DNA of 64,000 nucleotides from Bacteroidales bacterium (GCA_034002885.1 JAVEZS010000003.1:58134-122133); one strand, 5' to 3'. Shown: positions 19,869 through 29,199, numbered from the stretch's first letter. Numbers and translations are program-made. Notes: generated from the letters alone by a model not told the origin.

Positions 19869-20594
19869 ATGAAGCTGTACACTGAAAACCTTGTAAAGAA
19901 GTACCACAACAGGACTGTCGTCGATCATGTTTCAATAGAGGTTGAGCAGGGTGAGATAGTCGGGCTTCTGGGTCCGAACGGTGCCGGAAAGACCACCTCG
20001 TTTTACATGATCGTCGGATTGATCAGGCCCCGTGAGGGAAGGATCTTTCTTGAGCAGGAAGACATCACCACACTTCCCGTTTACAAGAGGGCAAGGAAAG
20101 GCATTGGCTATCTTGCACAGGAAGCTTCGGTATTCAGGAATCTTTCAGTTGAAGACAATATAAAAGCTGTTCTCGAAATGTCGCCTCTGAAAGGCGGTGA
20201 ACAAGCGGAAAGGCTTGAAATCCTCCTTAACGAATTCGGACTTCAGAAGATCAGGAAAAGCAAAGGCATCCAGCTATCGGGAGGCGAGCGAAGGCGTACG
20301 GAGATTGCAAGGGCTCTTGCACTTAAGCCCAAGTTCATTCTCCTTGACGAGCCTTTTGCCGGTGTTGACCCTATTGCTGTTGAGGATATCCAGGATATAG
20401 TTTCAAAACTTAAAAGCAAAAACATCGGAATAATCATCACCGATCACAACGTTCATGAAACCCTGGCCATCACCGACAGGGCTTATCTCCTCTTTGAAGG
20501 AAGGATCCTGATGTCGGGTACCTCAGCCCAACTTGCGGAAGATGAACATGTAAGAAAAGTATACCTTGGCAAGAACTTTGAGCTCCGAAGGTAA
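19869..20594 (+). CDS. lptB: LPS export ABC transporter ATP-binding protein
   Basis: 241 aa soluble ABC ATPase. Walker [10 protein letters not shown], signature [15 protein letters not shown], and an LptB-like C-terminus ([12 protein letters not shown]). Confidence 0.85.
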   Translation: MKLYTENLVKKYHNRTVVDHVSIEVEQGEIVGLLGPNGAGKTTSFYMIVGLIRPREGRIFLEQEDITTLPVYKRARKGIGYLAQEASVFRNLSVEDNIKAVLEMSPLKGGEQAERLEILLNEFGLQKIRKSKGIQLSGGERRRTEIARALALKPKFILLDEPFAGVDPIAVEDIQDIVSKLKSKNIGIIITDHNVHETLAITDRAYLLFEGRILMSGTSAQLAEDEHVRKVYLGKNFELRR

Positions 20595-20603
20595 TCATCT
20601 GAC

Positions 20604-20634
20604 TTTGTTATAATAATAATTTTCTATACTTTTG
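20604..20634 (+). promoter_or_regulatory. Bacteroidota sigma-A type promoter for tRNA-Leu (TTTG-N19-TACTTTTG)
   Basis: -33 TTTG at 20604-20607 and -7 TAnnTTTG at 20627-20634, with a 19-nt spacer. The tRNA starts 12 nt after the -7 box. Confidence 0.55.
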
Positions 20635-20645
20635 CGGGGATTTTT

Positions 20646-20728
20646 GCGGATGTGTCGTAATTGGTAGCCGAGCAAGACTTAGGATCTTGTGTCTTTAAGA
20701 CGTGGGGGTTCGAGTCCCTTCATCCGCA
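20646..20728 (+). tRNA. tRNA-Leu (anticodon UAG), class II with long variable arm
   Basis: Acceptor GCGGATG pairs with CATCCGC, with discriminator A. D-loop AATTGGTAG. Anticodon stem CAAGA/TCTTG with loop CTTAGGA. Variable arm GTCTTTAAGAC. T-arm GGGGG-TTCGAGT-CCCTT. No encoded CCA. Confidence 0.9.
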
Positions 20729-20740
20729 CACTAACTACTT

Positions 20741-20782
20741 CCGCCTGTAACAATCATTTACTGTGCGTTTTGGCGGTTTTTT
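20741..20782 (+). terminator. Possible terminator after tRNA-Leu
   Basis: CCGCC (20741-45) pairs with GGCGG (20772-76), followed by T6 (20777-82). The loop is long (26 nt) with internal GTAA/TTAC pairing. Confidence 0.35.
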
Positions 20783-20802
20783 AATACTCAATATTTTTAA
20801 AA

Positions 20803-22152
20803 ATGAATATCACAAGGGAAAGTACTGACGCTCTTAATGCCGTTCTGAAGATAAATGTGGAAAAGACCGATTACGAAGGTAATGTGGAGAAGGTCCTGAG
20901 GGACTATCGCAAAAAAGCCAATATAAAAGGATTCCGTCCCGGAATGGTGCCTTTCGGTCTTATAAGGAAGATGTATGGAAGGGCTGTTCAGATCGATGAG
21001 ATAAACAAGCTTGTAACCGGGAATATTCAGAAATACCTTAGCGACGAAAAGGTTGAGATACTGGGAGATCCTCTTCCAAGGCTTGATGAGAATGAAAAGA
21101 TCGACTTTGAGAACAGCGAGAACTTCGCTTTTTCATTTGATCTTGGCCTGGCGCCGGAATTTGAGATAAAGCTTAGCAGCAAGAACAAGGTTACATACTA
21201 TGAGATAGAGGCCGACGGTAAGATGAAGAATGACTATCTCGATAATTATACGCGCCGCTACGGTCATTTTGAGAAAGCTGAGGCTTCAGAAGAAAAGGAC
21301 ATGCTGAAAGGCAGGATCGAGGCTCTCACCGGAGAGGGTAATCCGCAAGAGGAAGGTCTGATGGCCGACGACACAACACTGTCTGTTGATGTTATCAAGG
21401 ATGAGGAAATAAAGAACAGGTTCCTTGGCAGAAAGGAGAACGAAAGCGTCGATTTCGAACTCAGGAAAGCTTTCCCCAACGATTTTGAGATCGCTGCCAT
21501 CCTCAAGAAGCAGAAGGACGAAGTTGCCGGAGTAGAAGGGAATTTCAGATTCACCATAAACGAGATAAGCCGTTTCCGGCCGGCCGAACTAAACCAGGAA
21601 CTATTCGACAGGATATACGGTGAAGGCGTCATCAGCTCTGAAGAAGAGTTCAGGGACAGGCTCGACCAGGAGATCGCATCTAACCTCAGGACCGAGAGCG
21701 ATTATAAATTGTCGGTCGATCTGAAAAAACTTGCGATAGAGAAGACACCCTTTGATCTTCCTGAGGAATTCCTCAAAAGGTGGCTTCTGAGGGTCAATGA
21801 GAATACCACGGAAGAACAGATCGAAAAGGAATTCGATTCTTTCCGCACCGACCTGAAATGGCAGCTGATCCGTAACAGGATAGCAAAGGAGAATGAGTTG
21901 AAAATTAGCCCGGAAGAACTTCAGAAAGAAGCGGAGAACATTACAAGATACCAGTTCCGTCAGTACGGACTTTTCTATGCTACCGACGAACAGGTTGCCT
22001 CCTATGCAAAGGAAACACTCAGCCGCGAGGAAGATGCAAAAAGGATAGCCGACAAGATCCTCGAGGAAAAAGTCATTGAGCTTATAAAGGGAATGGTAAA
22101 GACCGAAAACAAAAAAGTATCGCTCGAAGAGTTCAACAAGCTCTTCGAATAG
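20803..22152 (+). CDS. tig: Trigger factor
   Basis: 449 aa. The N-terminal ribosome-binding region contains GFRPGMVP. The tig-clpP-clpX gene order is conserved. Confidence 0.9.
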   Translation: MNITRESTDALNAVLKINVEKTDYEGNVEKVLRDYRKKANIKGFRPGMVPFGLIRKMYGRAVQIDEINKLVTGNIQKYLSDEKVEILGDPLPRLDENEKIDFENSENFAFSFDLGLAPEFEIKLSSKNKVTYYEIEADGKMKNDYLDNYTRRYGHFEKAEASEEKDMLKGRIEALTGEGNPQEEGLMADDTTLSVDVIKDEEIKNRFLGRKENESVDFELRKAFPNDFEIAAILKKQKDEVAGVEGNFRFTINEISRFRPAELNQELFDRIYGEGVISSEEEFRDRLDQEIASNLRTESDYKLSVDLKKLAIEKTPFDLPEEFLKRWLLRVNENTTEEQIEKEFDSFRTDLKWQLIRNRIAKENELKISPEELQKEAENITRYQFRQYGLFYATDEQVASYAKETLSREEDAKRIADKILEEKVIELIKGMVKTENKKVSLEEFNKLFE

Positions 22153-22185
22153 CCATTTTCGCGGGTCTCAGTGCAATATTTTTCG

Positions 22186-22193
22186 TATTTTTG
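22186..22193 (+). promoter_or_regulatory. Bacteroidota -7 promoter box (TATTTTTG) for clpP-clpX
   Basis: Exact TAnnTTTG match 26 nt upstream of the clpP ATG. Confidence 0.4.
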
Positions 22194-22218
22194 CATTTAA
22201 ACAACAAAGATATTCAAT

Positions 22219-22896
22219 ATGAGTAAATTAGATGATTTCGGCAAATATGCACGGAGCAACAGGGGAATAAGTTCCCTGGCGCTTAACAAATACAGCAAAA
22301 TCACAAGCAGTTACATCTCACCCACAATCATAGAGGAACGTCAGCTGAATGTGGCTTCCATGGATGTGTTTTCGCGTCTTATGATGGACCGGATTATCTT
22401 TCTCGGACTGCCTATCGACGACTATGTTGCCAATATAGTACAGGCACAGCTGCTTTATCTCGATTCGTCAGATCCGGGAAAAGACATTCAGATATACTTC
22501 AACACACCCGGAGGTTCCGTTTATGCAGGTCTGGGAATTTACGACACCATGCAGTATATTTCGGCTGATATTTCGACAATCTGCACAGGAATGGCAGCTT
22601 CTATGGGTGCTGTGCTTCTTACTGCCGGCAAAAAAGGAAAACGCTCCGCGCTGAAGCATTCGAGGATAATGATCCATCAGCCCATGGGAGGATTTGAAGG
22701 CCAGGCCTCGGATATCGAGATACAGGCCCGCGAGATACTCAAAATGAAAAAGGAGCTTTATGAAATTATCGCGCTCCATTCCGGCAAATCATTCGAACAG
22801 GTTGAAAAGGATTCAGACCGAGATCACTGGATGACAGCAAAAGAAGCTGTTGAATATGGAATGATTGACGAGATACTCCAGAAATCAGAAAAATAG
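22219..22896 (+). CDS. clpP: ATP-dependent Clp protease proteolytic subunit
   Basis: 225 aa. Catalytic motifs GMAASMGAVLL (Ser) and IMIHQP (His). An N-terminal extension is present. Confidence 0.95.
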   Translation: MSKLDDFGKYARSNRGISSLALNKYSKITSSYISPTIIEERQLNVASMDVFSRLMMDRIIFLGLPIDDYVANIVQAQLLYLDSSDPGKDIQIYFNTPGGSVYAGLGIYDTMQYISADISTICTGMAASMGAVLLTAGKKGKRSALKHSRIMIHQPMGGFEGQASDIEIQAREILKMKKELYEIIALHSGKSFEQVEKDSDRDHWMTAKEAVEYGMIDEILQKSEK

Positions 22897-22899
22897 AAA

Positions 22900-24114
22900 A
22901 TGGATAAGTGTTCATTTTGCGGCCGAACGAAAAAGGAGGTAAGCATACTGATTGCCGGCCTTGAGGGACATATTTGTGATCACTGCATCGAGCAGGCGCA
23001 CACAATTATGAACGAAGAACTCGGCTCTAAAAAGAACGTTCCTTTCGATACGATAAACCTTCTTAAGCCCGCCGAGATAAAAAACTTCCTCGACCAGTAC
23101 GTAATAGGACAGGAACAGGCCAAGAAGATCATTTCGGTTGCAGTATACAACCATTACAAGAGGCTTATGCAGAAACCCGACGCGGAGGATATAGAGATAG
23201 AAAAATCCAACATCATCCTCGTCGGGGAAACCGGTACGGGCAAGACTCTTCTCGCACGTACCGTCGCCAAGATGCTGCATGTTCCCTTTACAATAGTCGA
23301 TGCCACTGTACTTACCGAGGCCGGATATGTGGGCGAGGATATAGAAAGCCTTCTCACAAGGCTTCTCCAGAATGCCGACTATGATGTAAAAGCTGCTGAA
23401 AGAGGAATAGTGTTCATCGACGAGATCGACAAAATAGCCAGGAAGGGAGATAACCCGTCAATTACAAGGGACGTATCGGGAGAGGGAGTTCAGCAGGGCC
23501 TTCTCAAACTTCTTGAAGGTTCTGTTGTAAACGTACCACCGCAGGGAGGAAGAAAACATCCCGAACAGAAGATGATCCCCGTCGACACAAAGAACATTCT
23601 TTTCATCTGCGGAGGTGCCTTCGAAGGTATTCAGAAGAAAATAGCCCAGCGCCTCAACACACAGGTTGTAGGATTCGGAGCTTCAAAGAAAAGGGAGAGG
23701 ATCGACCGCGACAATCTGCTTCAGTATATTGCACCCCAGGATCTCAGGGCATACGGGATGATCCCGGAAATAGTGGGAAGGCTTCCTGTTCTCACACACC
23801 TTAACCCTCTCGACAGGAAAGCGCTCAGGGACATACTCAGCGAACCAAAGAACGCCCTGGTAAAGCAGTATATTAAACTCTTCAGGATGGACGACATCGA
23901 GCTGACATTCGCTGAAGGAGTCCTCGACTTCATCGTCGACAAGGCTATAGAATTCAAGCTTGGTGCAAGGGGGCTCAGGTCAATATGCGAGATCATAATG
24001 CTCGATGCGATGTTCGACACCCCGTCATCCGGAATAAAGGAGATAACCATAACCACCGATTACGCCATCCGTAAACTCGAAAAGGTGGACATGAAGGTTC
24101 TCAAGGCGTCGTAA
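22900..24114 (+). CDS. clpX: ATP-dependent Clp protease ATP-binding subunit ClpX
   Basis: 404 aa. N-terminal zinc finger CSFCGR...CDHC, Walker A GETGTGKTLLA, Walker B VFIDEIDK. Confidence 0.95.
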   Translation: MDKCSFCGRTKKEVSILIAGLEGHICDHCIEQAHTIMNEELGSKKNVPFDTINLLKPAEIKNFLDQYVIGQEQAKKIISVAVYNHYKRLMQKPDAEDIEIEKSNIILVGETGTGKTLLARTVAKMLHVPFTIVDATVLTEAGYVGEDIESLLTRLLQNADYDVKAAERGIVFIDEIDKIARKGDNPSITRDVSGEGVQQGLLKLLEGSVVNVPPQGGRKHPEQKMIPVDTKNILFICGGAFEGIQKKIAQRLNTQVVGFGASKKRERIDRDNLLQYIAPQDLRAYGMIPEIVGRLPVLTHLNPLDRKALRDILSEPKNALVKQYIKLFRMDDIELTFAEGVLDFIVDKAIEFKLGARGLRSICEIIMLDAMFDTPSSGIKEITITTDYAIRKLEKVDMKVLKAS

Positions 24115-24140
24115 AAAAAATAAGGACATACTATAGGTAT

Positions 24141-24174
24141 AAACTAAGGACATGCCATGTCATGTCCTTAGTTT
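24141..24174. terminator. Perfect 14-bp-stem hairpin between convergent clpX and folA (candidate bidirectional terminator)
   Basis: AAACTAAGGACATG (24141-54), loop CCATGT, CATGTCCTTAGTTT (24161-74). The right arm overlaps the folA stop codon (24173-75). An A8 run lies on the left flank, which reads as U8 for leftward transcripts. Confidence 0.55.
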
Positions 24175-24658
24175 ATATCCTTTCATAAACCATGTATGTA
24201 TACGGGATCCGGTTCTCATCCTCCGATACACACTCCTCTTTTTCTATGACTTTCCACCGTTTGCGGTCGATTTTGGGGAACCATACATCGGCCGGTGCCT
24301 TTTTGTGGACATGAGTAATATATAACCTGTCGGCAAGGGGCATGAACTGCCTGTACACCGATCCTCCTCCCATAACAAAGATCTCATCCTCACCCTCGCA
24401 TTTGCTTAATGCATCTTCAATTGAATATGCAGTAACCGAACAACCGATGCACTCATTGGCAATATCGGTAAGTACTATATTCTTCCTTCCCGGGAGGGGT
24501 CGCCGGGGAAGAGATTCCCATGTTCTCTTTCCCATAATGACACATTTGCCCATGGTAAGCTTTTTGAATCTTTTAAGGTCTTCGGGTATGTGCCAGAGAA
24601 GCTCATTTTCCCTTCCTATTCCCCAGTCGTCGGAGACAGCAACTATTATTGATATCAT
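24173..24658 (-). CDS. folA: Dihydrofolate reductase
   Basis: Track ORF trimmed to Met10 (MISIIVAVSDDWGIGRENELLWHIPEDLKRFK), the canonical DHFR N-terminus. Confidence 0.9.
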   Translation of the reverse strand: MISIIVAVSDDWGIGRENELLWHIPEDLKRFKKLTMGKCVIMGKRTWESLPRRPLPGRKNIVLTDIANECIGCSVTAYSIEDALSKCEGEDEIFVMGGGSVYRQFMPLADRLYITHVHKKAPADVWFPKIDRKRWKVIEKEECVSEDENRIPYTYMVYERI

Positions 24659-24668
24659 AGTAAGATAT

Positions 24669-25463
24669 TTATACTGATATTTCACCCTTTATATGAGGAT
24701 GGGCCAGATAATCCGACAGGGTGAAGTCGTCGTATCCGAAGCCTGTGATCTCCTTCACATCCTTGTTGATCGTCATCCGTGGAAGCTTGTAAGGCTCCCT
24801 GGTAAGTTGCAGCTTTACCTGTTCAACATGATTCAGATAAATGTGAGCATCGCCCAGGGTATGAATGAATTCACCCGGCCTGTAACCCGTCACCTGTGCA
24901 ACCATCAACGTCAGCAGTGAGTAGGATGCAATGTTGAAAGGCACTCCGAGAAAGATGTCGCAGCTTCGCTGATAAAGCTGGCATGATAACCTTCCGTCGG
25001 CCACATAAAACTGAAAAAGTATATGGCATGGAGGGAGTGCCATCTTCTCTATTTCTCCCACGTTCCATGCACTGACGATATGCCGGCGGGAATCAGGCGA
25101 TTTTCTTATAGCCCCGATGACCTCCGAAAGCTGATCTATCTTCCTTCCGCCGGCTGCCGGCCACGAACGCCACTGGCTCCCGTAAACCGGCCCGAGGTTA
25201 CCCCCGGCATCAGCCCACTCATTCCATATTCTCACACCATTGTCGGTAAGGTATTTAATGTTTGTCTCACCCGATATGAACCATAGAAGCTCGTGGATAA
25301 TTGACTTGAGGTGTAGCTTTTTGGTGGTTATCAGCGGAAATCCCTCTTCAAGGTCAAACCTCATCTGATAGCCAAAGACACTTATTGTTCCCGTGCCTGT
25401 CCTGTCGGTTTTCCGTGCACCGTTTTTCAAAACATGATCAAGAAGTTCAAGATACTGCCTCAT
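24669..25463 (-). CDS. thyA: Thymidylate synthase
   Basis: Track ORF trimmed to Met9 (MRQYLELL...DRTGTGT...). The active-site motif is ALPPCH. 264 aa, ThyA type. Confidence 0.95.
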   Translation of the reverse strand: MRQYLELLDHVLKNGARKTDRTGTGTISVFGYQMRFDLEEGFPLITTKKLHLKSIIHELLWFISGETNIKYLTDNGVRIWNEWADAGGNLGPVYGSQWRSWPAAGGRKIDQLSEVIGAIRKSPDSRRHIVSAWNVGEIEKMALPPCHILFQFYVADGRLSCQLYQRSCDIFLGVPFNIASYSLLTLMVAQVTGYRPGEFIHTLGDAHIYLNHVEQVKLQLTREPYKLPRMTINKDVKEITGFGYDDFTLSDYLAHPHIKGEISV

Positions 25464-25521
25464 TAAATAATTTCTTTCGCATTGCACATTAATTCAGTAA
25501 ACCCCGGGATACTTAACATTT

Positions 25522-25574
25522 TTCTCCCCCGCAGGACCCCTGTCAGTTCTCCCCCGGCTATCGGACCCTGTCAG
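25522..25574. repeat. Imperfect tandem direct repeat (25 + 28 nt) in the thyA upstream region
   Basis: Unit A is TTCTCCCCCG-CA-GGACCCCTGTCAG (25522-25546). Unit B is TTCTCCCCCG-GCTATC-GGACCCTGTCAG (25547-25574). A third CCTGTCAG copy lies at 25632-25639. Confidence 0.6.
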
Positions 25575-25726
25575 AATCAGGTCCTTCAGGAATCTTTTAT
25601 CTACGGGTGCAGCAAGTTTCCATCAGGTATTCCTGTCAGCTTCACCGTATCCGGCCATATATCATTTTAATATATTTTTGATATAATAACATATTATAAC
25701 AATATATATTTAATATCAAAATGATA

Positions 25727-27673
25727 TCATCTTGGCGAAATTCTTGCGACCCAGCCTCCTCCGGGAGCCATTTCAATTTTCAGCTTATCACCTGAGCTGA
25801 CATTGTTTTTCAGGTGCTTATAGTCCTGAGCGTGTTTGCCGGCATTGATACCGTCCTGAAAACAGTCCATCGCGTAGTTTCCCTCCGGGAGGAATGAGAG
25901 GTCAAGTTCCATTGTACGTGGGTTCCAGTCGGTCATGCCTCCCACGAACCAGTCTTTTCCCGACCTTCTGGCAAGGAGGAGGTAATTGCCGGTTTTTGCT
26001 TTAAGCACCTTTGTATCGTCCCAGGTAACAGGGATTCCGGTAATGAAGCTGGTGCATTCCTGTTCCCTGATGTAGTTTGAAGGCGAATCAGCAAGCATCT
26101 GGAGCGGGCTTTCGTAGATGACGTACATTGACATCTGGTGAACCCTTGTTCCCTGACTTGCCGGACGTGTAAAATCAGGAGTAAAATTTCCCCTTTCCAT
26201 ATTGATCATTGCACCCGGGGTGAAATCCATGGGTCCGGCAACCATACGTGTAAACGGAAGTGTAACGTCGTGCCCTGGGGTTATTGTATTCTCCCATTTA
26301 CAGTTTTCGAGGCCTTTCACGCCTTCCCGGGTAAGAACGTTGGGGTATGTCCGGTGAAGGCCGTCGGGTTTATACGATCCGTGAAAGTCGACGAGCAGGT
26401 GATGTTCGGCTGCTTTTCTTGCTGTTTCATAATAGAAATTCACAACTTTCTGGTCGTCCCTCTGCATGAAATCGACCTTTATTCCCTTTACTCCCCACTT
26501 CTCGTAAAGAGCCGTGGCCTCGTCAATCTTGTCCCAGAAAGTCTTCCATACAACCCAGAGGATAACGCCGACATTTTTGCTTTCGGCATATCTGCACAGT
26601 TCCGGAACGTCAATTTCAGGAATTGACTCAAGGACGGTTCCTTTCCTGTACCAGCCCTCATCGAGGATAATATATTCAATACCATTCGCGGATGCAAAAT
26701 CGATATAATATTTATATGTCTCATTATTTATTCCCGAGCTGAAATCGACACCGCGGATATTGTTGGCATTCCACCAGTCCCACGCCACCTGGCCGGGTTT
26801 TATCCATTCCGTGTCGGCAAGTCTGTTCGGAGCGCCCAGCCTGTAAACCATATCGCTTTCCACAAGTTCACCGTCTTCTTCTGTTATTAGGAAAATTCTC
26901 CAGGGGAAGGTGCGAGACCCCCTTGTTACTGCTACGTGGTCCTTTGCTGAAGTCACACGGAGGTCCCGGTCAGTTGCAAGCTTTTCAGTTTCGGGGTATG
27001 GAGGCTGCACTCCGTGCATTCTACATTTATCCGCTCCTCTCAGCCACAGTCCTGCATAGTCCTCAACGTCGGCTTCCGTGGCAAGGACGTTGATCCCTTC
27101 GGCCCGGAAGAGGACCGGAAGACTTGCCAGGTGTTTTTCGCCAATGGTGTCGAGCGATGAATACAGGAACAGGCGTTCGTTGTGCGACATCATGCTTTCC
27201 TCGAGAGGGTACCATGCACAGGAGCCTTCGGGGAAGCTGAATTCCACAATCTCATTCTTCACAACCAGATCGTTTTTGAATGAAGTCTCGAACCTGTAGG
27301 CAACACCGTCGTTGTAGGCTCTGAACTGGACGGCGGCTCCCGATCTGAACTCAAGGAGGAGGGTGTTGCATCTGTTCTCCACGACCGCCCTTTTGCATGC
27401 AACCACTGGTTTAATGGATTCATCAATCTTTCCGGAAGTCGCTCTGCGGATCTTCTCGTCACTACCTAATATCCTGCCGTCGCCGAGTACCATTCCTGCC
27501 TCGGCTGAAGCAATTACCACGTTTCCGTTGAAGGCTGCAGTCCATTTAAGTCCGGTTCCCGCTGAAACCGTAAGTACTATCCTTCCGTCGGGGGAAGTGA
27601 GCGTATAGTCTTTGGCAGACAATGATCCCGCTATGGGTAAAAGCAGGAACATAAAGAGTAAATAATGTTTCAT
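25727..27673 (-). CDS. Glycoside hydrolase family 97 (SusB-like alpha-glucosidase/alpha-galactosidase family), secreted
   Basis: 648 aa with a signal peptide. Length and sequence blocks (IEYIILDEGW, GIKVDFM) are ones I recognise as GH97. Specificity cannot be inferred from the sequence. Confidence 0.75.
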   Translation of the reverse strand: MKHYLLFMFLLLPIAGSLSAKDYTLTSPDGRIVLTVSAGTGLKWTAAFNGNVVIASAEAGMVLGDGRILGSDEKIRRATSGKIDESIKPVVACKRAVVENRCNTLLLEFRSGAAVQFRAYNDGVAYRFETSFKNDLVVKNEIVEFSFPEGSCAWYPLEESMMSHNERLFLYSSLDTIGEKHLASLPVLFRAEGINVLATEADVEDYAGLWLRGADKCRMHGVQPPYPETEKLATDRDLRVTSAKDHVAVTRGSRTFPWRIFLITEEDGELVESDMVYRLGAPNRLADTEWIKPGQVAWDWWNANNIRGVDFSSGINNETYKYYIDFASANGIEYIILDEGWYRKGTVLESIPEIDVPELCRYAESKNVGVILWVVWKTFWDKIDEATALYEKWGVKGIKVDFMQRDDQKVVNFYYETARKAAEHHLLVDFHGSYKPDGLHRTYPNVLTREGVKGLENCKWENTITPGHDVTLPFTRMVAGPMDFTPGAMINMERGNFTPDFTRPASQGTRVHQMSMYVIYESPLQMLADSPSNYIREQECTSFITGIPVTWDDTKVLKAKTGNYLLLARRSGKDWFVGGMTDWNPRTMELDLSFLPEGNYAMDCFQDGINAGKHAQDYKHLKNNVSSGDKLKIEMAPGGGWVARISPR

Positions 27674-27726
27674 CTCGCAGGTTTTATTGTGATTTTAATT
27701 GAGAAATGCTGGGGTCAGGCTGATAT

Positions 27727-28323
27727 TCAGGGCTTTCTCTTCTTCCTTTTTTCTATCTCATCCCTTATTGAGGCAGCTCTTTCGTAATCTTCGGTTTTTA
27801 CTGCTTCGTCTATCATCTTATAAAGCTCATCCTCGGAGTAATTCTCATATTTTGAACCTCCAGCATCGAACAGGTTATCGTTGTCATCCTCTTCAGCCGT
27901 TTCGGTCTCTGATGCCGTTACTGTTATGCCAGCCTTATCGAGTATTTCAGAAGCAATATAAATGGGGCATCCGAATCTGAGGGCGAGAGCGACTGCATCG
28001 GAGGTTCTGCTGTCGATCGACAGTTCCTTTTCTCCGTTATTGCAAAGAAGGCGTGAGTAGAATACTCCTTCTTCCAGTTTATAGATCATCACCTCGATTA
28101 TGGAGATATTGAATTCCCCTGCAAAACTTCTGAAAAGGTCGTGAGTGAGAGGTCTCGGAGGCTCGAGGTTTTCGAGTTTTATAACAATAGCCTGCGCTTC
28201 AAAGCCGCCGATAATTATAGGTACCCTTCTATCACCGTTCTCCTCCACCAGTATCAGGGCATAGGCTCCCGACTGAGTCTGGCTGTATGAGATCCCCAAT
28301 ACCTTTAGTTTTACTCTTTTCAT
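27727..28323 (-). CDS. Bifunctional nuclease family protein (DUF151/BFN domain) with C-terminal UVR motif
   Basis: 198 aa. The N-terminal block LILVEENGDRRVPIIIGGFEAQAI...PRPLTHDL is typical of BFN. An acidic linker follows, then a UVR-like EDYERAASIRDEIEKRK. Confidence 0.7.
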   Translation of the reverse strand: MKRVKLKVLGISYSQTQSGAYALILVEENGDRRVPIIIGGFEAQAIVIKLENLEPPRPLTHDLFRSFAGEFNISIIEVMIYKLEEGVFYSRLLCNNGEKELSIDSRTSDAVALALRFGCPIYIASEILDKAGITVTASETETAEEDDNDNLFDAGGSKYENYSEDELYKMIDEAVKTEDYERAASIRDEIEKRKKRKP

Positions 28324-28520
28324 ATCAATTATTTAAAAACCAGAAGAATACCTGTATTTATGCGTCAATGGCAAATATAAATATAATGTATCTATGATTA
28401 AATACCGTCCTTTTCTTTTTATTAACAGTACTTTCAGGGCGGAAAGTATAAACGGACAAGATGAATGAATAAGTATGGAGACAGGGGCTTCAATTTAATT
28501 GATAAAAATCGACGGTATGG

Positions 28521-28550
28521 TTTGTAAATAAATGAATTTATATATCTTTG
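28521..28550 (+). promoter_or_regulatory. Bacteroidota-type promoter for rplU-rpmA (TTTG-N18-TATCTTTG)
   Basis: -33 TTTG at 28521-24 and -7 TAnnTTTG at 28543-50. This implies a 5' leader of about 90 nt before the rplU ATG at 28645. Confidence 0.45.
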
Positions 28551-28644
28551 CAGTCCGAAATTGAATAAATCCACCGGGGCAATATCAAAGTCACAGGAAG
28601 CAGAGTTCAGGTGCGCCTCATGGAGTAACATAAAAACAACAGAA

Positions 28645-29172
28645 ATGTACGCAATAGTTGAGATTGCAGGTCAGCAGTTCAAGGCAGAGGAAGGGAAAAC
28701 AATTTTTGTTCACCGTCTCGAAGCCGAAAAGGATTCGTTTGTTGAGTTTGACAGGGTTCTTCTTATTGAGGAAGGCGACAATGTTATGGTAGGTGAGCCG
28801 GTCGTTCCCGGTTACGTTGTTGAAGGGAAGGTTCTGGATCATGTCAAGGGCGACAAAGTGATAGTCTTCAAAAAGAAGAGAAAGAAAGGCTACAGGGTTA
28901 AGAATGGTCATCGTCAGCTCTTTTCACAGCTTGAGATAACAGCCATCGGAGAAAAAGGGAAACTGGTTCGCAAGGAAACTCCTAAGAAGGAAAGCAAAAA
29001 GGCGGTTGTTAAGGATGAAGCAGCAGAGGCAGTTGAAGAAGTAAAGGCAGTTGAGAAGAAGACTTCTGCAAAAAAGACCGTCAAAAAAGAATCTTCAGCA
29101 AAGAAGTCATCTGAAAAGAAAGAGGCTGAGAAGAAGCCGGCCGCAAAAAAGGCTTCCAGAAAGAAAGAATAA
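28645..29172 (+). CDS. rplU: 50S ribosomal protein L21 with Lys/Ala/Glu-rich C-terminal extension
   Basis: Track ORF trimmed to Met29 ([25 protein letters not shown]). The ~105-aa L21 core is followed by a ~70-aa low-complexity basic tail ([31 protein letters not shown]...[10 protein letters not shown]). Confidence 0.9.
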   Translation: MYAIVEIAGQQFKAEEGKTIFVHRLEAEKDSFVEFDRVLLIEEGDNVMVGEPVVPGYVVEGKVLDHVKGDKVIVFKKKRKKGYRVKNGHRQLFSQLEITAIGEKGKLVRKETPKKESKKAVVKDEAAEAVEEVKAVEKKTSAKKTVKKESSAKKSSEKKEAEKKPAAKKASRKKE

Positions 29173-29199
29173 TAATTCAGGCAGATAAAATAACATACT

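Noticed and set aside
20595-20802. tRNA-Leu as an integration hotspot or genomic-island border
   Set aside because: Both flanks are housekeeping genes (lptB and tig). There is no integrase and no repeat of the tRNA 3' end nearby.
25500-25660. Possible SRP (4.5S) RNA, suggested by CCTGTCAG / CAGGTCC strings
   Set aside because: The conserved domain IV elements (the GGAA tetraloop context and the AGCAGC-type symmetric loop) are absent on both strands.
25482-25670. 62-aa plus-strand ORF (TTG start) in the thyA upstream spacer
   Set aside because: It is Pro/Ser-rich, has no promoter box or recognisable domain, and has a non-ATG start. The region is better described as non-coding with repeats.
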